Shown in pieces: positions 29,263 through 38,330 of a DNA stretch of 64,000 nt. The notes beneath the pieces are model-generated. The model was not told the DNA's origin. It was given only the letters and a program-made list of their open reading frames with translations, and made no database searches. The stretch is from Calditrichia bacterium (lineage in GTDB: Bacteria; Calditrichota; Calditrichia; RBG-13-44-9; J075), in NCBI GenBank assembly GCA_050633245.1, contig JBOEGD010000024.1, forward strand, positions 199,787 to 263,786. Reading direction: 5' to 3'. Both the position numbers and the translations under genes were made by a program. Position 1 is the stretch's first letter; every line of letters starts with the position of its first letter.

Positions 29263-30738
29263 CTAGCTTTTCAGGCCTTTTTCTGCAACCGCCAGAGCGG
29301 TTCGCAGGGCATTGGATTTGTGAATGGTTTCTTCGTATTCTTTTTGCGGATCGGAGTCTGCAACAATGCCGGCGCCAGCCTGGAAATACGCTATTCCATC
29401 ACGAACCTCAAGCGTTCGGATTGCGATACAGGTGTCCAGATTCCCGGAAAAATCGAGGTAGCCAACCGCACCGGAATAGAGGCCTCGTCTTTCCGGCTCC
29501 AGCTCCTCGATAATCTCCATGGCGCGTACTTTGGGAGCTCCGCTAACTGTTCCGGCAGGGAAACCAGCCTTAAATGCATCAATCGCATCATATCCTTCCC
29601 GAAGTTTTCCGCGTACCTCGGAAACGATGTGCATAACGTGGCTGTACCGCTCAATGTTCATATTCTCGGCAAGTGTGACGCTGCCATATTCGGACACGCG
29701 CCCCACGTCATTTCTGCCAAGGTCGACCAGCATAACGTGCTCGGCTCGCTCTTTTTCGTCTTCTAACAGATCCGTAGCGAGACGGTCATCTTCTACAGGA
29801 TCAGAACCACGCGGGCGCGTTCCGGCAATTGGTCGAACTGCTACCTCACCATTTTCTACGCGCACAAGAAGTTCCGGACTAGAGCCAATTATGCTTTGGC
29901 GTTTTCGTCTAACGTAAAAGAGATAGGGCGATGGATTGATTTGTCGAAGGGCTCTGTAGATGTAAAAAGGAGGAACGTTTACTTTGCAGGAAAATTGTTG
30001 CGATAGGACGACCTGAAAAATATCGCCTGCCTGGATGTATTTCTGTGCGCGTGTTACCGCTTGTTGAAACTGTTGCGGTTCGAAATTCGAATGAATCTCC
30101 GCGGCCTCTCTTTCTTCGCCCTCAATAAGGTCGATAGGGCGCTGTAGGATTTGACGATAGCTCTCGATGCGTCGGATGGCCTGATCGTAGCTTCGCCTTA
30201 AGTCATCATCTTTTTCGAGGATAATATTGGTGATAATCAAAATGCGATGTTTCAGGCGATCGAAGGCCAGAATGGTGTCGTACAGACCAAAACCGGCAAG
30301 TGCTGTATTTTCGAGCGGCGCGTTTTCTTCGGGCAGCTTTTCAATGAAACGAACGGTATCATAACCGAAAAATCCGACTAATCCACCCGAAAAACGGGGT
30401 AGCTCGGGATCATTGACAAACGTATAAGAAGCCAATTTCTCTTTTAGAAAAGCGAAGATATCGCCGGTATGCGATTCTGAAGAATCGTCTGTGCTAACGA
30501 CGATTTTCTCTCCGTCGAACTCAATGTATTCGCGTGGATTGCAACCGAGAAAAGAATAGCGAGCGACGTGCTCTCCACCTTCAACAGATTCGAACAAAAA
30601 ACCATCATCATTCCCGGGGCAAAGTTTCAAAAAGGCAGACACCGGTGTTAGCAAATCGGCAACAATTGAGCGGGCAATCGGAATTACGTTGCCTTTTTTC
30701 GCTTGTTCTGTAAAGCGTTCAAATGATATAGGTTGCAT
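29263..30738 (-). CDS. trpE: anthranilate synthase component I
   Basis: Chorismate-binding C-terminal motifs (GYLDFSGNLD, IRTL). Confidence 0.95.
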   Translation of the reverse strand: MQPISFERFTEQAKKGNVIPIARSIVADLLTPVSAFLKLCPGNDDGFLFESVEGGEHVARYSFLGCNPREYIEFDGEKIVVSTDDSSESHTGDIFAFLKEKLASYTFVNDPELPRFSGGLVGFFGYDTVRFIEKLPEENAPLENTALAGFGLYDTILAFDRLKHRILIITNIILEKDDDLRRSYDQAIRRIESYRQILQRPIDLIEGEEREAAEIHSNFEPQQFQQAVTRAQKYIQAGDIFQVVLSQQFSCKVNVPPFYIYRALRQINPSPYLFYVRRKRQSIIGSSPELLVRVENGEVAVRPIAGTRPRGSDPVEDDRLATDLLEDEKERAEHVMLVDLGRNDVGRVSEYGSVTLAENMNIERYSHVMHIVSEVRGKLREGYDAIDAFKAGFPAGTVSGAPKVRAMEIIEELEPERRGLYSGAVGYLDFSGNLDTCIAIRTLEVRDGIAYFQAGAGIVADSDPQKEYEETIHKSNALRTALAVAEKGLKS

Positions 30739-30778
30739 GATTATCCTTCTATTTCGTCGTTTTTAGTCAATTTTGGGC

Positions 30779-30806
30779 AAAAAAAAACCCGCCATGAAGG
30801 CGGGTT
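30779..30806 (-). terminator. trp attenuator terminator
   Basis: Minus strand reads AACCCGCC-uucau-GGCGGGUU followed by U9. It sits 28 nt after the leader stop and ~40 nt before the trpE ATG. Confidence 0.75.
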
Positions 30807-30833
30807 AAATATCTAGCAGCTGAAAAATCAGCG

Positions 30834-30941
30834 CTATGCAGCACACATTGCTCCACCACCTTCTTTGATATAGGAATACCACCACTGCCAGCTTTGCCAG
30901 TCTTGTGAGAATGAAGGTTGTGTGGAACGTACGCGTGTCAT
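30834..30941 (-). CDS. trpL: trp operon leader peptide (35 aa, Trp-rich)
   Basis: Minus-strand ORF MTRVRSTQPSFSQDWQSWQWWYSYIKEGGGAMCAA. Four Trp codons fall within seven residues (W-Q-S-W-Q-W-W). Confidence 0.65.
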   Translation of the reverse strand: MTRVRSTQPSFSQDWQSWQWWYSYIKEGGGAMCAA

Positions 30942-30988
30942 GTTTTTCTCGTTTTGTGTTGGCGAAATATGGAAAAGAGTTCTCTGTT

Positions 30989-31017
30989 TGTCAAGAAAAT
31001 TGTGCGTTTTGTTAAAA
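30989..31017 (-). promoter_or_regulatory. candidate sigma70-type promoter for the trp leader
   Basis: Minus strand reads TTGACA - 17 nt - CATATT, about 30 nt upstream of the leader ATG. Confidence 0.35.
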
Positions 31018-31029
31018 AAACTTGGATTC

Positions 31030-31545
31030 TTAGCGCGTCATTTTACCTAGGTTCACTGCTTGAAAGCCGTGAAAATCGATGTTGCGAACGTACTTCAGGT
31101 TTTTCCAGAGAAGCGAATATCCCTTCAACATTCGCAGTGCCCCAATGCGTTTTTCGAACCGTGCAACCTCACGTTCAGTTGCTTCCCGGCGTGGGCCGGC
31201 AGTTCCGAAAAGCCGCACAGCCGGTGGAGTAGCAAACTTTCCTGATATTAGAGATCTTAACCAAAATAGCTTTCCGCTGTTCACAAACTGGATGGTTATT
31301 TCCGGATTTGCATCCAGATTTTTACTAAGCTGGGAAGCAAAGATGTCAAAGTAGAATCCATTCATATCTGACCTTAATATGAGTGAGCCGATGGGGGTCA
31401 GGTTTGCGCGTCCTTCACTATCGATCGTTCCCATAGTAACGTGCGAGTTAGCCTTGTAAGCACCTTTGTACCAGCCTCTTATTTGCGACCAGTGATCTTG
31501 CAAATTTTGAGTGGCATTATTGGGTAAACGTGTTGTTACCGGCAT
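31030..31545 (-). CDS. pyridoxamine 5'-phosphate oxidase-like FMN-binding split-barrel family protein
   Basis: GTIDSEGRANLTP...GFYF pattern of the PNPOx-like fold. Confidence 0.55.
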   Translation of the reverse strand: MPVTTRLPNNATQNLQDHWSQIRGWYKGAYKANSHVTMGTIDSEGRANLTPIGSLILRSDMNGFYFDIFASQLSKNLDANPEITIQFVNSGKLFWLRSLISGKFATPPAVRLFGTAGPRREATEREVARFEKRIGALRMLKGYSLLWKNLKYVRNIDFHGFQAVNLGKMTR

Positions 31546-31554
31546 AAATTCTCC

Positions 31555-32112
31555 TTAGCTGCTTTCGTTTAAGCGAGGAATAACGGCTAATTTTTTTATG
31601 TAATTGTAGATTGCTTTTAGTTCCGTTTGCTCGATGGGAGGGATAATCTGTTGTGCCCCGACGTAGATTGCAAAAAGCGCCTGTGCAAGTAGCCTTGCCT
31701 CAGCTTTCCCGCCGGGAATCTGACGTGTTAATTTTATAAGATAGGCAAGTCGCTGCTCGTCTACTCTCTGTTGAAAATTTTTTACGACGGGATTAACCAG
31801 TGCCCAGGCGCGTATCGCAACTTCCAGCTGAATGGCGATTTTGCTGGTGGTAAGATCTGTAAGCTCCTCAATGCGCTCCAGGAGAGTTGCTTTGCTATTA
31901 CTTGTTTCGATAATATCACGCGTCAGCGTGTCTTCCCAATAGGTGAGAAGCGCTTCAACATACGATTGCTGATTTTTAAAATGATGATAGAAAGACCCCT
32001 TCGTTACGCCTAAACTAACGCAAAGTGCCTGAATCGTCAGTTTTTCCGGCCCTTGTATGGCGAGCTGTTTCATTCCGTGTTTTAACCAGTCTAATCGTTC
32101 CAGTCTTGCCAT
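31555..32112 (-). CDS. TetR/AcrR family transcriptional regulator
   Basis: N-terminal HTH (IQALCVSLGVTKGSFYHHFKNQ). Confidence 0.8.
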   Translation of the reverse strand: MARLERLDWLKHGMKQLAIQGPEKLTIQALCVSLGVTKGSFYHHFKNQQSYVEALLTYWEDTLTRDIIETSNSKATLLERIEELTDLTTSKIAIQLEVAIRAWALVNPVVKNFQQRVDEQRLAYLIKLTRQIPGGKAEARLLAQALFAIYVGAQQIIPPIEQTELKAIYNYIKKLAVIPRLNESS

Positions 32113-32130
32113 AAATAATCCTTGTTAGAA

Positions 32131-32163
32131 TTGAAACATACCATACTGTATGGTATGTTTCAA
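32131..32163. promoter_or_regulatory. perfect 15+15 palindrome, probable TetR operator
   Basis: TTGAAACATACCATAC-TG-TATGGTATGTTTCAA, about 20 bp upstream of the TetR start. It lies between the ABC ATPase gene and the TetR gene. Confidence 0.55.
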
Positions 32164-32203
32164 TATAATTAAATAACTTAAAATGTCAAGCGTTTTTGAG
32201 ATG

Positions 32204-33682
32204 TTACTCGGATATGGTTAGGTTGTAGACGTTTTCGGAAGGGATTAGCGTATCAAAAATCTCTTCATTATGCGAGATCAACAGAATGCCTTTGCCACGT
32301 GCAGTTGCCTGCTGCATAGCCACTATAATGCGCTGAATGCTCTTAAAATCAAGCCCGTTAAGCGGTTCATCGAGAATCAACAACGGCGTATCCAGGCAAA
32401 ATGTGCGTAGCAGATTAAGGCGCTGTTTTTGTCCACCACTGAGAAGCTTTACCGGTTTATCCCAAAAAGCATCCGTTACGCTCATCTGAAACCATTCTTC
32501 CAGCTGTGCTTTTAGCTGGCTATCGCTCAGGCGTAGTTCTTTGGGAAGGCCGTTAAACACATCGCTCACGGTTGCATTGAGATTCAATGCCTCATCTGCA
32601 TGCTGAAAGACCATTCCGGCTTGTCTGCCCCAGATCTGTTTGCGCCACAGTGTTTCTGGTGTTTTTTCAGTAATTGAAATATCACTGAGCATTAGCTGCA
32701 CCTTTTGCGCCCTTGTTAATCCCATTGCGATTTTTGCCAGCGTTGTTTTGCCAACGCCACTTGCAGCCTTTACATAGACGATTTCACCACCGTGAAGCGT
32801 TAGCGGGCATACTGTCTCCGAGTTGCTTTTGCTAATTCGCATGGTTTTATCGAAAACCCGATAACCGCTCTCTATCCGTAGCAGAGAATTGGTTGAGGCA
32901 GAGGAGGACGGTGTATCTGCTGCTGCTGTTCTAAGCCACGATAAATAGGCTGCCGGTTCGAAATCGGTCATTTGAAGTTTCTGCTGTCGCGTCAGCTCCT
33001 TAAAGGCAATGTCGGATTTCAAGTCGGGATGTTGCTGATAAATTTCAGTGATTATAGAGTAGTCGTGGGTAATGATGAGACCGGAAAAAGGCGTTTTCCG
33101 ATAGGCATCGAAGAGCATCTTTAGAAAAATATTTCTGAAATTATTATCCAAACTGCCGGTTGGCTCATCAAAAACAAACAGTTCGCCATCTTGACCATTT
33201 TGCAATGTGCTAAGTTTCTTAAACGCCATTGTCAGCAACATGCGCTGCTTCTCGCCACCACTTGGCCGATAGGGGCGTGGAAAAATATCCAGCAGTTCCT
33301 GAATTGGTTCCTGGTTTTCCGTATTCCATAACTGCTTTAGAACTTCAGCTTCATTTGTCGCCGGAGCGAGGGCACCTTCATTGAGCTGTTCCTTCAGCAG
33401 GAGGAGTGGGTTTAAATGGGATGAGGGTTCTTGAAAGACAAAAAAACCGTGCTCCTGTTTTTTCTGCGCAATACTGTTTTTTAAATATTCATGATACGTG
33501 TGGCCATTAATAGTAATGTCCAGTGTGTTCGGATCGAGCAAGCCATAAACTGCCCGGGTTAAGATCGATTTGCCGATTCCAGATTCCCCAAACAGAAGGA
33601 CAATTTTGTCTTCGGGGAGAGAAAAGTTCTCTATTTCAACAATTGTTTTTCCGCGTTTGGAAATTTGTATTTCGTAGTTCAC
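32204..33682 (-). CDS. ABC-type ATPase with two tandem nucleotide-binding domains and no transmembrane domain
   Basis: Two Walker A motifs (GESGIGKS, SGVGKTT) and two ABC signatures (LSGGEKQR, LSGGQKQR). Confidence 0.75.
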   Translation of the reverse strand: MNYEIQISKRGKTIVEIENFSLPEDKIVLLFGESGIGKSILTRAVYGLLDPNTLDITINGHTYHEYLKNSIAQKKQEHGFFVFQEPSSHLNPLLLLKEQLNEGALAPATNEAEVLKQLWNTENQEPIQELLDIFPRPYRPSGGEKQRMLLTMAFKKLSTLQNGQDGELFVFDEPTGSLDNNFRNIFLKMLFDAYRKTPFSGLIITHDYSIITEIYQQHPDLKSDIAFKELTRQQKLQMTDFEPAAYLSWLRTAAADTPSSSASTNSLLRIESGYRVFDKTMRISKSNSETVCPLTLHGGEIVYVKAASGVGKTTLAKIAMGLTRAQKVQLMLSDISITEKTPETLWRKQIWGRQAGMVFQHADEALNLNATVSDVFNGLPKELRLSDSQLKAQLEEWFQMSVTDAFWDKPVKLLSGGQKQRLNLLRTFCLDTPLLILDEPLNGLDFKSIQRIIVAMQQATARGKGILLISHNEEIFDTLIPSENVYNLTISE

Positions 33683-33851
33683 CAGTAACCTGTTTTTATT
33701 TTTTGTTCAAATCAACTTATTTGAAACTGGAGGAGTTTGCCAGAACTATTTGTGATGTCAAAGTATTTTTTGCCAAAAAAGATAAGGTTTAAATTGATTT
33801 GTCGAACATTAACTAAACCATTGTTTCTCTTCTCAATAGGAAGTAGGGGGC

Positions 33852-35996
33852 ATGGTTCAAAGGGATTTGGGAAAGGGAAGAGGGATGAACTTTTCGCATA
33901 CGCGATCGAATGCCGCTTCAGAGATGCGCATTTTATATAAAATATCGATGTCGATCGGTACCAGTCTGGATTTAGATAAGATGCTACAGGCATGTTTGTC
34001 TACTTATATTCGTCAACTAAATGGACTTGCGGCCGCGGTATTTAGCTATGCAAAGCATTCCGAAAGTAAATACGCCTATCGGTTGCGTTATTCTATTCCA
34101 CGTCAAATTGAAGTAGTGAGGCCGTTTCAGCAATTATTGGATGCAATCCCTGAAGAACTTTCCGAGGAGGAGTGGCTTGATTTCGAAGACCGTCTACCGC
34201 TTAACCGCGTTGTCGCAGGGAAAAGCCACGGATACCTTCTAAAATTGCCTGGATTTGGGGTTTTAGTTTTGCTTTGTAAGGGAAAATTGCCAAGACAACT
34301 TGTCGATCTGATAAATGACCTCAGTCTGAAACTCGCGAGCGCCTGTAGTGCTTGCTTGCAAAATGAAGAATTAAAGCAATCTCACATACAGCTAATTGCA
34401 ACAAATGAAGAAGTAACATCCCGAAAACGAGAGTTAGAAATTTCTCGCGAGAAGCTGGTTTTTGCAATGACAGAGCTTACCGGGGCGAAAGATGCGGCAG
34501 AGGCTGCGAGTCGGGCAAAGAGTGAATTCCTCGCTAACATTAGTCACGAGCTGCGTACTCCACTCAACTCTATCCTTGGATTTTCCTCACTTCTGAAAAA
34601 CTTATCGCAGAATAAGGTCGCTGAAGAATATCTCGAGGCGATATCGTCGAGTGGCAAGAGTTTATTAATGCTCATAAATGATATTCTTGACCTGTCAAAA
34701 ATTGAAGCCGGGGCATTGGAATTGATGTGCAGACCGGTAAATCCGCGAGAACTGTTTTTAGATGTCGGTCGCATCTATCACTTTAAGGCAAATGAGAAGG
34801 ACCTGACTTTTAAACTGTCGCTTTCCAAGCGTATGCCCAATGAACTTATGCTGGATGAAATTCGACTTCGTCAGGTCTTAATAAACCTGGTTGGTAATGC
34901 CATCAAATTCACCGATCGTGGATTTGTCGCTATTTCTGCCTCTGTTAAGATTTTAGACCCGGCAGAACAAATGGCGAATTTGATTATCGAGGTATCAGAC
35001 AGTGGAATAGGAATTCCTCCGGAACAGGCACAGCGGGTGTTTCAGGCATTTGTGCAGCAGAGTGGGCAAGATAATCGCGAGTATGGGGGAACGGGTCTGG
35101 GATTGGCGATAACAAGGCGATTGGTCGAAATGATGGATGGCCAGGTATCACTTACGAGTAAGAGTGGTCATGGCTCGACATTTCGAGTGGAAATTCCGAA
35201 CATTCTGATTGTCGATTCGGGGCCCGACTCCGGTGAATTTACTACGGAAGACAAGGTGGTTATGCCGGAGCAACTGGCTGGGGGGCACATTTTGCTTGTA
35301 GAAGATAATCCATTGAATCGACGGTTGATAAAAGAATTTTTGAAAACGAGTTCAGTGAGAATTAGCGAGGCTGAACACGGCTTTGAGGCATTGAAACTTG
35401 CCATAGAAGATCCACCAGACCTCGTGCTTATGGATTTGCAGATGCCGCAGATGGATGGCTATGAAGCGACCAAAAAATTTCGAAAGCATCCAGATCTTCA
35501 GGACATTCCGATTATTGCGCTTTCGGCAAATGCGTTGCGCGATCAGCAACGTAGAGCGCTTGAGTCAGGTTGTACAACATTTCTTGCAAAGCCGGTATCA
35601 CAGGAAGATCTGGTTCGCCTGATTAGTGATTACCTGCCGCTAAAGGAAGATTTAGAGACCGAGTATTCTCCGGTCGAAGAAGTTGAGCAAGAGGAAATGA
35701 CGCTACATGGGGATTTGGAATTACTGGTAACATTGCTTCAGGGAGAGCGATATGACGAATGGCAGAGCGTATCGGAAACGATGATTATGTCTGATATTGC
35801 GGATTTCGGTAAGCAAATATCCAGTTTGTCAGATGAGTATGGGGTGGAGCTCCTCAAAAGTTGGGGAGCCAAAGTTACTGAATGTGCTCAGGCATTTCAG
35901 GTAGAAAGATTGAATGAGATTTTGCCCGGCTTTTCTGAAGTCGTTGAAAAAGTTGTCGAAAGTGTAAACAGACAAGGAAGTGTTCAGAAAGTGTAG
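33852..35996 (+). CDS. hybrid sensor histidine kinase (N-terminal sensory region, HisKA, HATPase_c, REC)
   Basis: H-box [16 protein letters not shown]-box [14 protein letters not shown], and a receiver segment [13 protein letters not shown]...[16 protein letters not shown]. Confidence 0.85.
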   Translation: MVQRDLGKGRGMNFSHTRSNAASEMRILYKISMSIGTSLDLDKMLQACLSTYIRQLNGLAAAVFSYAKHSESKYAYRLRYSIPRQIEVVRPFQQLLDAIPEELSEEEWLDFEDRLPLNRVVAGKSHGYLLKLPGFGVLVLLCKGKLPRQLVDLINDLSLKLASACSACLQNEELKQSHIQLIATNEEVTSRKRELEISREKLVFAMTELTGAKDAAEAASRAKSEFLANISHELRTPLNSILGFSSLLKNLSQNKVAEEYLEAISSSGKSLLMLINDILDLSKIEAGALELMCRPVNPRELFLDVGRIYHFKANEKDLTFKLSLSKRMPNELMLDEIRLRQVLINLVGNAIKFTDRGFVAISASVKILDPAEQMANLIIEVSDSGIGIPPEQAQRVFQAFVQQSGQDNREYGGTGLGLAITRRLVEMMDGQVSLTSKSGHGSTFRVEIPNILIVDSGPDSGEFTTEDKVVMPEQLAGGHILLVEDNPLNRRLIKEFLKTSSVRISEAEHGFEALKLAIEDPPDLVLMDLQMPQMDGYEATKKFRKHPDLQDIPIIALSANALRDQQRRALESGCTTFLAKPVSQEDLVRLISDYLPLKEDLETEYSPVEEVEQEEMTLHGDLELLVTLLQGERYDEWQSVSETMIMSDIADFGKQISSLSDEYGVELLKSWGAKVTECAQAFQVERLNEILPGFSEVVEKVVESVNRQGSVQKV

Positions 35997-37305
35997 TACG
36001 TTCAGGGAGGACGTGATGGCTGCATTTAGCCCGGAAATAGATATAAAAGATTCACTGATTCTAATTGTTGATGACATTCCTCGTAATATTCAGCTACTGG
36101 GGAATATCCTTTCGAAAGATGGCTTTAAGGTCGCTGTTGCAAATCATGGTAAGCAAGCTCTTACGATTATTGATAAGCGGCAACCCGATCTAATTCTGCT
36201 TGATGTTATGATGCCGGAATTAAACGGTTATCAGGTTTGTGAACGAGTTAAGAGCTCTGAGGCAACGGCAGACATTCCGATAATTTTTCTTACTGCAAAA
36301 AATGATGTTGAGGACAAACTACGCGGCTTCGCTGTAGGCGGTGCGGACTTTGTTACAAAACCATTTGAGCCGGCAGAGGTCATTGCCCGGGTGCATACTC
36401 AACTTCGTCTAAAAAAAATGTCCGACCTTCTCAAGCTCCACAATACCCAATTGGAGGAGATGCTGGAAAACCGAACTCAGGCTCTCATTCGATCTGAGCG
36501 TCATTCTGCATTCAGCCTTATGATTCAGGGAATTATTCATAACCTTAAAAACCCTCTCAACCTTATTTATGCGGGTTGCCAGTTTATTGAAATGGAAAAG
36601 CCACAGATAAATATGATTATGCAGCGTCTTCCAGAGCGGCAGGCAGAGCCACTTAATCAGCGATTGGAGTATATCTGGAAAAGCGCAGTTATGATTGATA
36701 AAGGTTCCAAGCAACTGCTGGAGATGGTGGATTCCATGATGGCTAAAAGCCGCAGTGATCAGCAGGAAAATCTGAATAAGATAGATCTGAATGTGTTGGT
36801 TCAGCAGGAATATGAGTTTCTGTTATCCGACCCTGATTTTCGTCATGGTATTGGTCGTAAGCTGGAGGTTTGCAGCAGCTACTTACCAGTTTGCATTGTT
36901 CCAGCCGAGATCGCACAGGTGTTACAAAATTTGATTCGAAATTCCCTCGATGCGTTGCGCGGTAGACCTCAACCCAATATTTCTGTAAAAACCGGGAAGT
37001 CTGAAAATACAGCATGGATCGAAGTGGAAGATAATGGAACAGGTATTCCGGCAGATTACCTTAGTAAAGTATTTGAACCCTTTTTTACAACAAAACCTGC
37101 TGCAGGTAAAGCACGTGAAGGTGAACCGTCCGGTACCGGATTGGGATTGCATATTTGTAAGGCGATGGTAGAAGCCCATCATGGTAAAATCAAAATCACC
37201 AGCAAACTAAACATCGGAACGTGTATTCGAGTTGAACTTCCTTTGGTTGTCACCGAGATGGGCGAGAAAGTGGAATATCATCCAGAGAAGGTAACCAGCC
37301 TCTAG
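35980..37305 (+). CDS. response-regulator receiver fused to a histidine-kinase-like ATPase (REC-HK)
   Basis: N-terminal REC ([11 protein letters not shown]...[16 protein letters not shown]) and C-terminal HATPase_c ([18 protein letters not shown]). It overlaps the upstream kinase gene by 17 nt. Confidence 0.8.
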   Translation: MFRKCSTFREDVMAAFSPEIDIKDSLILIVDDIPRNIQLLGNILSKDGFKVAVANHGKQALTIIDKRQPDLILLDVMMPELNGYQVCERVKSSEATADIPIIFLTAKNDVEDKLRGFAVGGADFVTKPFEPAEVIARVHTQLRLKKMSDLLKLHNTQLEEMLENRTQALIRSERHSAFSLMIQGIIHNLKNPLNLIYAGCQFIEMEKPQINMIMQRLPERQAEPLNQRLEYIWKSAVMIDKGSKQLLEMVDSMMAKSRSDQQENLNKIDLNVLVQQEYEFLLSDPDFRHGIGRKLEVCSSYLPVCIVPAEIAQVLQNLIRNSLDALRGRPQPNISVKTGKSENTAWIEVEDNGTGIPADYLSKVFEPFFTTKPAAGKAREGEPSGTGLGLHICKAMVEAHHGKIKITSKLNIGTCIRVELPLVVTEMGEKVEYHPEKVTSL

Positions 37306-37658
37306 AAAATTGATTGTTTCTCGACAAAAAAAATGTAACTTCTTGTATTACTCTGCGTAATGATTTGTAAGCAGCAAAGGTAGAATTTAAGAGACTAGAC
37401 TCTCCCTTCAAATCTGCTTAACACAATATGCTACAGATCTATTTGTTACACCAGAAATTCTCCCCCCGGAATCTGGTTCGTTCTGTAGACAAGTTTTATC
37501 TATGCTACATCCCCGCAAGGCATAGAGTGGGCACATTATACTCAAGTTATTAATGAAATAGTATTTGCTGATAGCAACTCCGGCAATTTCACTTGCCAAT
37601 CGGTAAAATTCTATGGCGTCAAATTGCTCTGGATACTGTAACCATGTGAGGTCTAATT

Positions 37659-38330
37659 ATGAGAGAAGTTTTCGACGTCTCTTTAACTGGCGCGAATTTA
37701 CCCTACACAATCTTACTCGGATTGGTTCTGCTTTACTGGATCAGCGTTATTATCGGCGCTCTGGATATCAGTTTTTTGGATGTTGATATTGATGCAGACG
37801 CTGATATTGATGTTGATATTGATGCAGACGTCGAAGCAGATATCGAAGGAGCGGAAGGTGCTTTCTCTGCTCTGGACACCCTCCTAACGTTTATGAATTT
37901 GCGCGACATTCCCTTTATGATCGTCTTCAGCATCTTTTCATTGATTCTTTGGATGGGAGCGCTGATAGGTAATCATTTAGTTGGTGGACAATCCTGGCTG
38001 TTTTATTTACTGGCCTTTTTCCCGAATATCCTGGGTTCAATGCTAATAACTAAAGTAGTAACCACGCCACTTCGCCCGCTATTTAGAGCTTTCAAGGACA
38101 CCGGCGATGCGCGAGTTGAAGTGGTGGGACAAATTTGTACTATTGTCAGCCCTGCAGACTCTCAGCGATTAGGGCAAGCCGAAATAACGCTTTCGGGAGC
38201 CCCGCTGCTGCTGAATGTGAAAACCTGGAAAGAGAATGCCCTTGGGAAAGGTAAGCGCGCGATTGTGATTGAAAAAAGTAAAGATGGTGACTATTACATT
38301 GTAGAAGAATTTAACGAATGGGAGAACTAG
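37659..38330 (+). CDS. YqiJ/NfeD-like membrane protein with a C-terminal OB-fold
   Basis: Two TM segments. An acidic DVDIDADADIDVDIDADVEADIEG repeat is encoded by a 30-bp tandem duplication at 37779..37838. The C-terminal beta-rich ~80 aa resemble an NfeD OB-fold. It lies immediately upstream of the flotillin gene, the canonical nfeD-floT arrangement. Confidence 0.6.
   Translation: MREVFDVSLTGANLPYTILLGLVLLYWISVIIGALDISFLDVDIDADADIDVDIDADVEADIEGAEGAFSALDTLLTFMNLRDIPFMIVFSIFSLILWMGALIGNHLVGGQSWLFYLLAFFPNILGSMLITKVVTTPLRPLFRAFKDTGDARVEVVGQICTIVSPADSQRLGQAEITLSGAPLLLNVKTWKENALGKGKRAIVIEKSKDGDYYIVEEFNEWEN

Noticed and set aside
31060-31354. Plus-strand ORFs (61 and 91 aa) opposite the PNPOx-like gene
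   Set aside because: They overlap a better-supported minus-strand CDS and have no features.
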